Source: Candidatus Daviesbacteria bacterium (GTDB lineage Bacteria; Patescibacteriota; Microgenomatia; Daviesbacterales; UBA10151). Taken from it: DNA of 64,000 bases. The stretch lies in NCBI GenBank assembly GCA_016186955.1, contig JACPKP010000004.1, positions 71,288 to 135,287 of the forward strand. The letters run 5' to 3'. Positions 20,537-30,359 of the stretch are shown piece after piece. Every line of letters begins with the position of its first letter. Positions within the stretch are counted from its first letter, which is position 1. A program made the translations under genes and the position numbers. A model generated the notes under the pieces. It was not told the origin of the DNA. It did no database searches and saw only the letters and a list, made by a program, of their open reading frames with translations.

Positions 20537-20761
20537 ATGAACCATCAGATTATAGCTATTATTCAAATCATTTTAGGACTCCTTTTGACTGGTTTAATCC
20601 TGTTGCAATCTAAAGGCACAGGTTTAGGCTCCACTTTTGGGGGTGATATGGGTTTTTACGGTACAAAACGAGGGGCAGAAAAGATGCTTTTTATACTGAC
20701 TATTGTAACTGCATCACTTTTTCTAATAACCTCTATTTTGGCAGTTTTTATAGTTAGATGA
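20537..20761 (+). CDS. secG: Preprotein translocase subunit SecG
   Basis: ILLQSKGTGLGSTFGG...TKRGAEKMLF, two TM helices. Confidence 0.92.
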   Translation: MNHQIIAIIQIILGLLLTGLILLQSKGTGLGSTFGGDMGFYGTKRGAEKMLFILTIVTASLFLITSILAVFIVR

Positions 20762-22140
20762 CATTTTTAAGGAAGATTCTTTTATCTTTGAAGGTATTCT
20801 GGCTTTTTTTAAAAAGGAAAAAAACAACCTTTTTGATCTTTTTGTTTTTAATCACTGTGTTATCTGTGGGGATTTTTACCTTGAAAGATGATATTGTCAG
20901 GTCTTCAATTACAGAAGGAATAGTCGGGACTTATACGGAGAAAGATTTACCGGTTATTGTCACCAGCCTTTTATCCCAAAGCCTTTTTGTATCGGGGAAA
21001 AACGGTTTTACTAAACCCAATCTTGCTTCATCACTCCAAACCAACAATGATGCAACAGTTTTTACGGTGACACTCAAAAATAACCTTCATTGGGTTGACG
21101 GCACAGACCTGACCACCCAGGATATAGAATTTTCCATCCCTGATGTGGAAGTAAAAACCAGGGATAATAAAACTATCGAATTTAAATTGGCTGATTCTTT
21201 CAGCCCTTTTCCCACGCTTTTAACAAAGCCAATCTTTAAGAAAAATACCAATATTGGACTTGGGCCATACAGGATAGAAAGTATCCAAAAAGATAAAATA
21301 TTTATTAAAAAGATTATGCTTAAACCTGTGGGAAAAGATATGCCGGATATAGTTATCAGGTTTTATCCAAATGAGAGGATAGCAAAAGAAGCGTTAAGGT
21401 TGGGGGAGGTGCATGTTTTACTGGGTGTCCAAGAACTTGAAGACCTGCAAAAAGAAAAAACACTAAATATGATATCAAAACCAAACTACCAACAGCTGGT
21501 TACAATATTTTATAATACCAAAGACCCGGTGCTCTCAGATGAGAATTTGAGGACAGCATTAAGTTTTCAGGCGCCCAGTATTAAAGGTGAGGCAGAGGCA
21601 AAAAGCCCGATACCTCCTTTCTCTTTTGCATTCAGGGACGATGTTAGGGATTATCTTGATAATTATGAACAGGCAAGGTTAAGTTTTACCAAAGTCCGGA
21701 AAACAGATAAGATCGTTTTGACATCAACCAATTCATTAAAAGGGGTTGGAGAACAGGTTATTGCAGCTTGGAAAAAGTTAGGGGTTGATGCGGTTTTAAG
21801 GGTAGAAAGCGGAGTGCCTCAGAACTTTCAGGCTCTACTTATTGCCCAAAACATCCCGCTCGATCCTGACCAATACTCGCTTTGGCATTCAACACAGGCC
21901 CTGACAAATATATCAAAATTTTCATCACCAAGGGTTGATAAAGACTTAGAAGACGGTAGAAAGATAATAGACCCGGAGGTCAGGAAGCAGAAATACCAGG
22001 ATTTTCAGAAAGTTTTACTGGACCATCCCCCCGCAACCTTTTTATATTTCCCCAAATATAACATTGTTTACAGGAAAAAAGTTGAGGGAATGCTTACAAA
22101 GATAATAAAACTTCAGCTGCCTCAATTTTTCCAGGAATGA
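20758..22140 (+). CDS. ABC transporter substrate-binding protein, family 5
   Basis: LKNNLHWVDG.DLT..DIEF, IGLGPYR, DPDQYSLWHS, C-terminal PATFLY. Confidence 0.85.
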   Translation: MTFLRKILLSLKVFWLFLKRKKTTFLIFLFLITVLSVGIFTLKDDIVRSSITEGIVGTYTEKDLPVIVTSLLSQSLFVSGKNGFTKPNLASSLQTNNDATVFTVTLKNNLHWVDGTDLTTQDIEFSIPDVEVKTRDNKTIEFKLADSFSPFPTLLTKPIFKKNTNIGLGPYRIESIQKDKIFIKKIMLKPVGKDMPDIVIRFYPNERIAKEALRLGEVHVLLGVQELEDLQKEKTLNMISKPNYQQLVTIFYNTKDPVLSDENLRTALSFQAPSIKGEAEAKSPIPPFSFAFRDDVRDYLDNYEQARLSFTKVRKTDKIVLTSTNSLKGVGEQVIAAWKKLGVDAVLRVESGVPQNFQALLIAQNIPLDPDQYSLWHSTQALTNISKFSSPRVDKDLEDGRKIIDPEVRKQKYQDFQKVLLDHPPATFLYFPKYNIVYRKKVEGMLTKIIKLQLPQFFQE

Positions 22141-23172
22141 TTATCTACTCCTATTTATCAAGAAATCTGAAAGCCCGTTTAAAAGTAACTGGTTTAACCG
22201 GTTTTTTGTAATGGCGGGGATGATTTTTTTAGCATTTGTGGTATAGGCTAAAGCTTTATTTTCAGCATATTCCAGCGCTCCGCACCGGGTAAATATTTGC
22301 CTGGTCTCCAGGAAGTTTTTTGGACTGATTTTGCCTTTGCCGTAATTCTTTTTGATAAAATCTCTCTGTTTTTGGTTTGCATTTTGCAGCGCATAGGTCA
22401 AAAGAAGTGTATTTTTGCCTTCCTCAATATCAGAAGTGACGGATTTACCAAGAGTCTTTTCATCTCCGAACACCCCTAAAATATCATCTTTAATCTGATA
22501 GGCTATCCCCAAGTTTTTTCCGAAAAGCTCCAGGTTTTTCAAAAAACTTTCAGAAGCTCCTCCCAGTATTGCACCCACCAGCAGGGGTCCTATAATTGAA
22601 TATTTTGCAGTTTTTAAGTTGTAAATACCAATTACATCCTTTTCCCGGGGATTTTTTTGCCGGGGCAGTTCTATATCAAGCATTTGCCCGAAGGCGGTAT
22701 TGATGCATGTTAAGTTAAATAGGTCAATCGCCTTATTTTTCCTGCTGGTGTGAAAATTACTTGAGTTTAAAAGTTCTATGGCAAGGAATATGCCAAAATC
22801 TCCAAGACAAATAGCCTGTGAAATACCGTAATGATTTCCTCCCAAACTTTGATATAAACTTTTCCTGCCCCTTCTGAGAATACTCCGGTCTATAATGTCA
22901 TCATGCGCTAGAAGCGAGCTGTGAAGTGTTTCATAGGCGGCAGCTGCCTGAAGTATTGATCCATTTTTTGGAGCTTTTGTCAGCTCATATCCTAATTTCA
23001 CAAGGACTCCCCTAAGGTATTTCCCCCTTTTAAGACTGCCAATAAAGAGTTTTATAAACTGGGAAAGTTTGGGATTTATTATACCCGCCTGTTTTGCCCA
23101 AAATGACAAGTTTTTCACAGCCTCTTTTTCTATTTCGGTTTTTGATTTATGAAGGTAATAGTCAAAATTCAC
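22141..23172 (-). CDS. Polyprenyl diphosphate synthase (GGPP synthase-like)
   Basis: GKYLR, HDDIID..RRG, GQMLD, KTAKYS, QIKDDILG. Confidence 0.92.
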   Translation of the reverse strand: MNFDYYLHKSKTEIEKEAVKNLSFWAKQAGIINPKLSQFIKLFIGSLKRGKYLRGVLVKLGYELTKAPKNGSILQAAAAYETLHSSLLAHDDIIDRSILRRGRKSLYQSLGGNHYGISQAICLGDFGIFLAIELLNSSNFHTSRKNKAIDLFNLTCINTAFGQMLDIELPRQKNPREKDVIGIYNLKTAKYSIIGPLLVGAILGGASESFLKNLELFGKNLGIAYQIKDDILGVFGDEKTLGKSVTSDIEEGKNTLLLTYALQNANQKQRDFIKKNYGKGKISPKNFLETRQIFTRCGALEYAENKALAYTTNAKKIIPAITKNRLNQLLLNGLSDFLINRSR

Positions 23173-23257
23173 TTTCGCGAAAGTTTAGCATGATAGGTAT
23201 TTTTATGCAAATTGACCCGTTGATTTTTAAATTAAAGATTGGTATCTTTCGGTTTAG

Positions 23258-24616
23258 ATGCTTGAACTTTCTCCGGACAATTTGAGAGTCCCTAAGCTTT
23301 CCCGTCCCGTTTATGCCATCGGCGGCGGGTTAACGGATTTCCGCAAATTTTACCCTGAAAAACAAAGTACCGAGCTTTGCATGGAAGCTGCCAAAATGGC
23401 TGTTACCGAAGATTTGGGAATGGGTGTGAAAGAATTTAAACAATTGGTGAATTTCTCCGTATATTCCCAATTTGCTGACCATTTTGGCGACCAGCTTCTG
23501 GCAGCAGCCAAAATTCATGATTATCTGGGGTTTGACCCTCTGGGAAATATAGAGGTCAAAACAGGCGGGGCAACGGGTGGTTCATCTGTTTTGGCAGGAA
23601 TTATGGCAGTTGCCTCAGGTTATGCGTCGCTGGTGCCGGTAATTGGGTGGGAGCGGATGGACGAGGTTGACACCAAGCAGGGAAATTCTTATATCGCCTC
23701 GGCAGCTTGCAAAGATTTTGAATCCGAGCTGGGGTGGCTTTATGCCACATACTATGCCCTGATGATGCAAAGGTACCTGTATGAATATTCTCCAAATAGG
23801 GAAACCCTTGCTAAAATCGCCCAAAAAAATCACCATTATGCCAAGTTTTCTCCCTACTCGCAGTTGCCTGGAGATCTTACCCTGGAACAAATAATGGAGT
23901 CAAAGATTGTCTCTGACCCGTTAACATTCCCCGAATGCTGTGCTATGAGTGTCGGTGCCGCCTGCATAATTTTGGCTGATGAAGAAACTGCATTTAAACT
24001 GACTGATAAACCGGTTAAAGTTGTGGGGGTTGGCTCTGGTTCACATACTTTAAGAACTGCAGACAGAAGGAATATGCCTGTTCTGCTGCTTCCCAACGAA
24101 GACCAAGGGCTTTATAAGGATAGGGAAAATGAATGGCCCGGGTTTACCAGTTTCCTGGCAGCGAGAATGGCGGCGTATCTTTCATATAATATGGCAGGTA
24201 TCAAGGATCCGGTTGAAGATTTGGATATTTTGGAAACGCACGATGCATTTACGGTTTCCGATATACAGACATATGAAGATATCGGCTTGAGGCCTTATGG
24301 ACAGGGACAGGAATTTGTAGAAAGCGGTGAAGCATATTTGGAAGGTAAACTTCCCACCAATCTTTCGGGAGGGCTTTTGGGGACTATGCACTCGGTTGGG
24401 GCAACCGGAATATACCAGCTAGTGGAGGTCATGTGGCAGTTGAAAGGGGAGTGGGACAAATTCCATGGTGATGAAAAATATTGGCAGAAGTATGGTAAAA
24501 GGAAGCCCGTGGATTTTAAAAGCCTGCAGGTTGACAATCCCAGGCGGGGAATGGCGATCAGCCATGCAGGGACCGGTTCGCATGTAACTTCCATAATTTT
24601 TGAGAGGGGGTGGTGA
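23258..24616 (+). CDS. SCP2/archaeal-type thiolase-fold protein lacking the nucleophilic Cys
   Basis: GWERM, HDAFT, NLSGGLLG..HSVGATG; EVKTGGATGG in place of ..ACASG. Confidence 0.85.
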   Translation: MLELSPDNLRVPKLSRPVYAIGGGLTDFRKFYPEKQSTELCMEAAKMAVTEDLGMGVKEFKQLVNFSVYSQFADHFGDQLLAAAKIHDYLGFDPLGNIEVKTGGATGGSSVLAGIMAVASGYASLVPVIGWERMDEVDTKQGNSYIASAACKDFESELGWLYATYYALMMQRYLYEYSPNRETLAKIAQKNHHYAKFSPYSQLPGDLTLEQIMESKIVSDPLTFPECCAMSVGAACIILADEETAFKLTDKPVKVVGVGSGSHTLRTADRRNMPVLLLPNEDQGLYKDRENEWPGFTSFLAARMAAYLSYNMAGIKDPVEDLDILETHDAFTVSDIQTYEDIGLRPYGQGQEFVESGEAYLEGKLPTNLSGGLLGTMHSVGATGIYQLVEVMWQLKGEWDKFHGDEKYWQKYGKRKPVDFKSLQVDNPRRGMAISHAGTGSHVTSIIFERGW

Positions 24617-25134
24617 TGGAAAGACAAAAAGTTGACATCTCAAAATTTAAGAAGGTTGAGCTGATAAAAAAACTTTTCAGGGAAGATGTGCCTGAGGGGG
24701 TAATTGTCAGGCCCAACCCCAAAGATTACAACCACTACCACTCATACGGTGGTCTGTCGCCTTTTTTTGAAGGACTAACAAAAGGAAAACTGTTAGGGAC
24801 TGAATGCCAAAACTGCCGAAATACAGGTTTATGGCTTCCGCCAAGGGTGGATTGCCCTGATTGTTGGGAAAAGACGGAGTGGAGGGATGTTGATACAAAA
24901 GATGCAAAAGTTTATACATATTCTGTTACCAATTACCCTGGTGCAGGTTTTAAAGCCACAGTTCCCTGTCCGCTGATTTCACTGGAGATACCCGGGGTTT
25001 GTACTAAATTTATGAGCTACCTATCTGAGTTTGGAGAGGGTGAGCCTTACATAGGTATGCCTGTCAAGCCAAAATTCAGGATCAGAAAACCCACCTACAC
25101 AATTTTAGACATCAGCTGGGTGCCTACCAGCTAA
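24616..25134 (+). CDS. DUF35 Zn-ribbon/OB-fold acyl-CoA-binding partner
   Basis: GKLLGTECQNC...PPRVDCPDC followed by an OB fold; coupled to the thiolase gene. Confidence 0.85.
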   Translation: MERQKVDISKFKKVELIKKLFREDVPEGVIVRPNPKDYNHYHSYGGLSPFFEGLTKGKLLGTECQNCRNTGLWLPPRVDCPDCWEKTEWRDVDTKDAKVYTYSVTNYPGAGFKATVPCPLISLEIPGVCTKFMSYLSEFGEGEPYIGMPVKPKFRIRKPTYTILDISWVPTS

Positions 25135-25157
25135 TATGCCGATACAGTTTACATAAG

Positions 25158-25195
25158 ACCACCTTCCAGGAGTCAGGGCTCACCTGGAAGGTGGT
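25158..25195. repeat. Intergenic palindromic element between convergent genes
   Basis: ACCACCTTCCAGG ... CCTGGAAGGTGGT inverted repeat; same CACCT..GGTG family as 6028-6040 and 11897-11947. Confidence 0.65.
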
Positions 25196-25202
25196 ATAAG
25201 CG

Positions 25203-26333
25203 TCATGGTTTTTTTTGGATTGAAAGAGTTGATTGTTTCATCTCATCCAAAATTCTTATTGCTTCAGCCTTGGTGGCAAACCTGGGCTGGGCGTAATTTT
25301 CAATAATAACCGGATAAAATTTTACATCCTCAAGGCTGTTTTTATTAAAGGTATATTTTCCTAAAACCCCTTCCCTAGTTTTTTGGCTCCATTCCTGGTC
25401 AAACACAAAATTGCCATGGGCATAGGTTATAAACTTATCCTGGTACTTTTCAACCCCCTGCACCCAATGGGGATGGTTGCCGATAATAAGGTCTGCTCCC
25501 GAATCTATGGCGAGATGGGCTAAATCCCTCTGCCTTTGATTGGGTACCGGGGTGTATTCAATACCCCAATGGAATGTCACTATTAAAAAATCAACCTGGG
25601 GCCGCAGGGTCTGTATCTCCTTTTGGATTGTCTCTTCCTTGGCCCAGGAGATGCCGGGCTCCTGATGTCCGATGTCGTTATAGCCTAAAAAGCCGAATTT
25701 TTTATCCCGTATGGTTAATACTGCAGGATTGCCGTTTCCGGTAACCTGTATGCGGTTTTTTTCAAGAAGTGCAGTTGTGTAGTTTACTCCATCTGAACCG
25801 TGATTGCCTGCATGGTTATTGGCGATGCTGGCAACAGTTACTCCGGCAAATTTCAAACCTTCAATATTCCTTAAATCTCCGCAAAAAATCATTCCCTCAT
25901 CTGTAAGCGGGCAGTTTGGGATAAGCGGGGATTCAAGGTTAATAAATACGGCATCTGCGCTTTTTAAAAAATCGGCTGTTTTTTCAAAAGGATATTTGAA
26001 ATTGTCCAATCTGACTACTTTTGAATTGACGCTTCTGGCAGGGATAACATCCCCTGTGGCAATTATTGTATATTGGTCAAGGTCATTTTTTGAGATTTTG
26101 CCGGGATCTGTATAGGTGAAAATCCGGTCAAGTGATATTTGAGGTGGGGATTTTGTTGTAGGTTTTGCCGAGGAGGCAGGTAAAAGATTCGGAGAGATGA
26201 TTTTTACCAAGGGATTAGAAAGCGGGTGGGATTTGTCAGCAGATACCAAGAGATAGATGCCGGAAGTCAGAAATATTGTAATACATAAAAAAATTACCAG
26301 AATTAAAAGCGCGTTACCTTTTTGGTAAGTCAT
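25203..26333 (-). CDS. CapA family (poly-gamma-glutamate synthesis-like) metallophosphoesterase
   Basis: ATGDV, INLESP, ANNH, FHWGIEY, GNHPHWVQ, GNFVFDQ; N-terminal TM. Confidence 0.9.
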   Translation of the reverse strand: MTYQKGNALLILVIFLCITIFLTSGIYLLVSADKSHPLSNPLVKIISPNLLPASSAKPTTKSPPQISLDRIFTYTDPGKISKNDLDQYTIIATGDVIPARSVNSKVVRLDNFKYPFEKTADFLKSADAVFINLESPLIPNCPLTDEGMIFCGDLRNIEGLKFAGVTVASIANNHAGNHGSDGVNYTTALLEKNRIQVTGNGNPAVLTIRDKKFGFLGYNDIGHQEPGISWAKEETIQKEIQTLRPQVDFLIVTFHWGIEYTPVPNQRQRDLAHLAIDSGADLIIGNHPHWVQGVEKYQDKFITYAHGNFVFDQEWSQKTREGVLGKYTFNKNSLEDVKFYPVIIENYAQPRFATKAEAIRILDEMKQSTLSIQKKP

Positions 26334-26387
26334 TAACTAAACTATTTCACTTTCCAGCATTAAGATCAAGGGCACTGATATCTGGTA

Positions 26388-26462
26388 ACCCCGGAGCTGC
26401 AATATACCCCACATTCAGTTACATGAACGTGGAGCGAACGCTCAATATCTGTGAACCGCCTC
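26388..26462. repeat. Degenerate copy of the tRNA-Lys 3' end plus downstream flank
   Basis: ACCCCGGAGC..CAATATACC-[hairpin]-AGCGAACGCTCAATATC.GTGA.CCGCCTC matches 27294-27361. Confidence 0.8.
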
Positions 26463-26490
26463 AGACTAGAATCGAACACCTTCTCTCCCA

Positions 26491-27213
26491 CTATAGTTTT
26501 TTGATTGTCGGAAGGACATTAGGCCATAAAACTTTTCCTGTGTTATCGTAAATAGGAACTCTGGCTGTAGGACTTTTTGTAGTAGCCGCTAACATGTTAT
26601 CTTTGGCCATTTGAACTAGTTCTTCAAAAGAGAGAACCTTCCCATAAACTGTAGTCATAATATCATTGATTGTTCCCCGCTCACCTGTGCTTTTGAGTGG
26701 TATATTTCTAATAGTGGTATCTCCTAGACTCCTTGCATAATTAGAGCCTCCGAACTTGCCCTCTAATTCTCTTTGGTATAATTCACCAACTACCTTATCT
26801 AAAACTACTCCTTGAATGGATGATAAAGGAACCATATTCGCCCTTTTATGCCCAAGGGGTATTAAAGGATGGTCTTTTACTAAATGAGGTGTTACTGTGC
26901 TATCTATGAGAAGGTAGGTGTCATAAAGACCTCTCCAAGTTAATCCCTTACCAGCAAATGCATTTTCTTGGGTTTCTTCTATGTATATATAGTCACCAGC
27001 ATCTCTACGAGTAGCAGCTTTTCCACCAGATGTGCCAAGATAACCGGCAACAGCCTGTTCCGACTCGGGAGTTAGGCCTGTGCTAAAAATACCAGTTAGA
27101 TTTTCTACAAATGTACCATGGACAATTAATCCTGGTTTTTGTATATCTATGATTTTACTTTTAACTTCTTCTTCCCAATTAGCATGAGGCAGCTCGTCTG
27201 ACAGTAGGTACAT
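26491..27213 (-). CDS. Hypothetical protein, possible ADP-ribosyltransferase fold
   Basis: IVHGTFVENLTGIFSTGL resembles the HGT...I...GL start of ART-fold proteins. Confidence 0.5.
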   Translation of the reverse strand: MYLLSDELPHANWEEEVKSKIIDIQKPGLIVHGTFVENLTGIFSTGLTPESEQAVAGYLGTSGGKAATRRDAGDYIYIEETQENAFAGKGLTWRGLYDTYLLIDSTVTPHLVKDHPLIPLGHKRANMVPLSSIQGVVLDKVVGELYQRELEGKFGGSNYARSLGDTTIRNIPLKSTGERGTINDIMTTVYGKVLSFEELVQMAKDNMLAATTKSPTARVPIYDNTGKVLWPNVLPTIKKL

Positions 27214-27238
27214 CAGGTGATTATATCAAAACCAAACT

Positions 27239-27257
27239 GTGAGCCGCCTCGGGATCG
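27239..27257. repeat. Exact 19-bp duplicate of the tRNA-Lys 3' end (att-like)
   Basis: GTGAGCCGCCTCGGGATCG is also at 27350-27368. Confidence 0.85.
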
Positions 27258-27350
27258 TTAGTAGTACGGCGAGGCAAGAGGGAGTCTGATGTGACCCCGG
27301 AGCGACAATATACCACTCACCTGCGGTGAGTAGCGAACGCTCAATATCAG

Positions 27351-27424
27351 TGAGCCGCCTCGGGATCGAACCGAGAACCTACTCCTTAAGAGGGAGTTGC
27401 TCTAGCCAATTGAGCTAGCGGCCC
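27351..27424 (-). tRNA. tRNA-Lys (CTT)
   Basis: GGGCCGCTAGCTCAATTGGCTAGAGCA-ACTCC-CTCTTAA-GGAGT-AGGTT-CTCGG-TTCGATC-CCGAG-GCGGCTCA cloverleaf; CCA not encoded. Confidence 0.95.
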
Positions 27425-27427
27425 AAA

Positions 27428-27628
27428 CTATTCATCTGCTTCATCTTCTGTCAGATCCTTCCGGGAGTCTAGTTCTTTCAGGTTGCCATCAGGATCCGGT
27501 CTTAGCCCTGCTTGTTCTAGCGCCTGATCCACATCAACTACATCCTCAGACGGTTCACCCTCTGCCTGTTCGTCTAGCTTTTGGAGCACATCATGTTTTT
27601 GCTCTTCACTGTTATCCAGGCCAATCAC
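27428..27628 (-). CDS. Small acidic hypothetical protein
   Basis: 66-aa D/E-rich ORF ending 3 nt before the tRNA-Lys. Confidence 0.5.
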   Translation of the reverse strand: MIGLDNSEEQKHDVLQKLDEQAEGEPSEDVVDVDQALEQAGLRPDPDGNLKELDSRKDLTEDEADE

Positions 27629-27716
27629 CTCCGATCTGTGGTAATTGTACCAAAGATCAAACTAAAATTGTACGATAGTTGAAGATTGGTTATAATAATT
27701 TAAGATACTTAAATTA

Positions 27717-28475
27717 ATGCTTAAATACAGGCTATATATTTTCATGGCTGTTTTCGGACTGGTTGCGTTCCTTTTAGTGACCTCGGTTGTAAATTTTAAT
27801 GACAGGATATTCCAGTATTTATTCTCTAAGCCCGCTTCCAGAGCCCAGGCTGTTGATGAAACACCTTTAGTCGATTTAAAGATTACGTATAGCGGTACTA
27901 TAAGAGATGAGGTGTTGGATGTCCCCAAGAATACGCAGGGGATAACCTTAAGCTGGACCACCACCCAAAATCCGGTTTCATGCACTGGCTTGGGTTACGG
28001 CTTGACTGATAAGGATGAGTCCTGGAATGGCCCCAAAGACCCTAAAGGGGGAACCTTTAAAATTAAAAAGTTAAATTCCAATAACCCCTATGTCTATACG
28101 ATTAACTGTTCCAATGATCAGGGTGACGGCAGCGGGGATAGTGTAACTATCAACATAGGCGCATCCGATAATTTTATTTCACCATATATAACTACATTCG
28201 ATATTTTTTTGGGCAGTAAGAACTATGACCAGGCAAGCTTTATAAATGTCAAAAAGGGTGATGTTGTTACCATCAACTGGAAGACACTCAACCTTGCCAC
28301 ACCTTACTCAATATGTGTTGTGTCCGGCTCTGTAAATAAAAGCTTTACCAGTATTAACGGCTATAAAGCAAGAGAGGAGATTAAGATAGCAGGGGATAAG
28401 ATTTTTAAATATGCAATATATTGCAGCAATGAGCATGGTTTTACCAAGCAGAGCGCTGCATTTTTCCCGGAATAA
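27717..28475 (+). CDS. Membrane-anchored protein with two Ig/PKD-like beta repeats
   Basis: N-terminal TM; repeated TLSW..C / YTINCSN and TINW..C / YAIYCSN patterns. Confidence 0.7.
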   Translation: MLKYRLYIFMAVFGLVAFLLVTSVVNFNDRIFQYLFSKPASRAQAVDETPLVDLKITYSGTIRDEVLDVPKNTQGITLSWTTTQNPVSCTGLGYGLTDKDESWNGPKDPKGGTFKIKKLNSNNPYVYTINCSNDQGDGSGDSVTINIGASDNFISPYITTFDIFLGSKNYDQASFINVKKGDVVTINWKTLNLATPYSICVVSGSVNKSFTSINGYKAREEIKIAGDKIFKYAIYCSNEHGFTKQSAAFFPE

Positions 28476-28478
28476 ATT

Positions 28479-29903
28479 ATGGCTATACCAGCGCTACCAA
28501 CACCTACATTGACACCTGCACCAGCGCCTGCGCCGGCGCCGCCAAACCAAGTAAGCAATGGTCAACCAAAAGCCGATGAACAGCAAAAAAAGATTAATTT
28601 TTTGGAAAAAATTATTGAAATCAATATCGGTTTGAATTTAGCAGTAGGAGGGATTTTGCTGTTTGTACTGATACTTGTTTTTGCTTGGCGTTTGAATCTG
28701 ATTAATGTTTTCGGGCCTAAGGAGGCAAACAAACCTGCTTCTGCGCCTGCTGTTGTGGTTAAACCTGCGGCAGTTGCCCAGGATCTGGATGATAAAACAG
28801 CTCCGGCAATTTTTATCAGCAAGCAGGGCTTGGATATCAAAAAAGCCTTTCAAGCTAAACCCAATGATTTGCGTTTGACAATTAGCGGCCAGCTTAAAAA
28901 AGAGGTTTTGGGATTTTTGCCTTATTGGGCTTTAGCTGAAAGCGGGGATATCAACATTAACCTTTTAACATCCGTAAGTTACTTCGGGTTGGAGGTAGAC
29001 GGTAACGGTAATATTATCAAAACCGACGCAGGAGGCAATATTATTGAACCCTGGTTCCATTTCCAATCCGACCCTAAGTTTTCGGAATTTATAAAAAGGG
29101 TCAAAAGAAACAGGACTAAAATTTACCTGACACTTAAATGTTTTAACCAGGCCAATATTGTCCGTTTGGTGACGGATGAGGAAGCAATAAATAATTTTGT
29201 AAATAATGCTGTTTATCTTGTCAATTCCAGGTCGCTGGACGGCATAAATCTGGATTTTGAATATATAGGCACTCCTGACCAGGCTGTCACAGATGGTTTT
29301 TCCCTACTGGTTATAAAGCTCAATAAGGAGTTGAAAAGGGAAAATCCTAAAACCAAATTAACTATAGATACTTTTATTGATGCTGCATCCAACACCAGGA
29401 TCCATGATGTGCCTATTTTAGCTGCAAACAGTGACGGTTTGGTTATAATGGGCTATGATTTTCATACCCCTGATTCCTCTGCCCCGGGTCCGATTGCACC
29501 TATGGAAGGGGCAGGAATTTCCGTTACAGGTCTGATGAGCAGCTACCTGGAAAAAGCTCCGGCAGATAAGTTGATTTTAGCAATTGCGTATTATGGCTAT
29601 GATTGGCCCACTACTGGTGGGAGGGCAGATGTAAAAGCATTGACTTATGCTGAAATTGCGGATAATAATAAAAACTCCCAGATTAACTGGGATGAAAATG
29701 CCCAGTCGCCATGGTACTCATACAAAGATCCGCAAGAGGGAGGGCAAGTCAGGACAGTATATTTTGAAAACCCGCGTTCATTAGGGGTCAAATATGACTT
29801 TGTAAACCAAAAAAAACTGCAGGGGATGGGGATTTGGGCGCTGGGTATGGATGGTAAAAGGACAGACCTGTTGCATCTTTTGTCTGACAAATTCTCTTAC
29901 TAA
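28479..29903 (+). CDS. Glycoside hydrolase family 18 protein, membrane-anchored
   Basis: LDGINLDFEY catalytic motif, MGYDFH, YYGYDW, GIWALGMD. Confidence 0.9.
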   Translation: MAIPALPTPTLTPAPAPAPAPPNQVSNGQPKADEQQKKINFLEKIIEINIGLNLAVGGILLFVLILVFAWRLNLINVFGPKEANKPASAPAVVVKPAAVAQDLDDKTAPAIFISKQGLDIKKAFQAKPNDLRLTISGQLKKEVLGFLPYWALAESGDININLLTSVSYFGLEVDGNGNIIKTDAGGNIIEPWFHFQSDPKFSEFIKRVKRNRTKIYLTLKCFNQANIVRLVTDEEAINNFVNNAVYLVNSRSLDGINLDFEYIGTPDQAVTDGFSLLVIKLNKELKRENPKTKLTIDTFIDAASNTRIHDVPILAANSDGLVIMGYDFHTPDSSAPGPIAPMEGAGISVTGLMSSYLEKAPADKLILAIAYYGYDWPTTGGRADVKALTYAEIADNNKNSQINWDENAQSPWYSYKDPQEGGQVRTVYFENPRSLGVKYDFVNQKKLQGMGIWALGMDGKRTDLLHLLSDKFSY

Positions 29904-29905
29904 GT

Positions 29906-29928
29906 TGGCGCCCCTGGAGGGGTTTGAA
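29906..29928. repeat. Degenerate duplicate of the tRNA-Arg 3' end (att-like)
   Basis: TGGCGCCCCTGGAGGGGTTTGAA vs tRNA TGGCGCGCCTGGAGGGAGTCGAA (30360-30382). Confidence 0.65.
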
Positions 29929-29930
29929 GA

Positions 29931-29956
29931 GGGCTGCGGGGTTTACCCCGCAGCCC
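29931..29956. terminator. GC-rich hairpin between convergent genes
   Basis: GGGCTGCGGGG-TTTA-CCCCGCAGCCC perfect 11-bp stem. Confidence 0.65.
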
Positions 29957-29965
29957 ACCAAGACC

Positions 29966-30280
29966 TTAGTCAAAACTATCGTAAGGTCCCATGTCTATGG
30001 TACGGCCGCAACACAGGCAAAGAGCCACCTGGTAGCCGAAAGTTGTGGTTATGAGTCTAGTCCTCCCACATTTCCGGCACCGTTGGTCCTGTACCTTTTC
30101 GCGGCGGGCCATTGGTTGGGTGCAGCAGCTCGTATGCCCGTAAACCAGGGTTCCCAAGAACCCCGGATCGGGCTCGTAGCGTACCTGCCCAACGTTTTCC
30201 CACTCCGGCGAGTGGTTCAGACACATGCCGTGAGGACACGGGGAGTGGGATTTCTGAACCACCTGCTTGCCATGGTCCAT
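29966..30280 (-). CDS. Small Cys-rich (zinc-ribbon-like) hypothetical protein
   Basis: CPHGMC, SCC, CRKC, CLCC; GGAGG RBS upstream; visibly GC-richer than its flanks. Confidence 0.6.
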   Translation of the reverse strand: MDHGKQVVQKSHSPCPHGMCLNHSPEWENVGQVRYEPDPGFLGTLVYGHTSCCTQPMARREKVQDQRCRKCGRTRLITTTFGYQVALCLCCGRTIDMGPYDSFD

Positions 30281-30359
30281 GGCAAACCTCCTTATTTGCT
30301 CACCCTTTTACAGGGTGACGCAGGCATTTTATAGTAAACTTAAACAAAAAGCAAGCCTA

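Noticed and set aside
27239-27290. Second tRNA-Lys gene
   Set aside because: Only the 3' 19 bp and a short anticodon-like stretch match; there is no D-arm or 5' acceptor strand.
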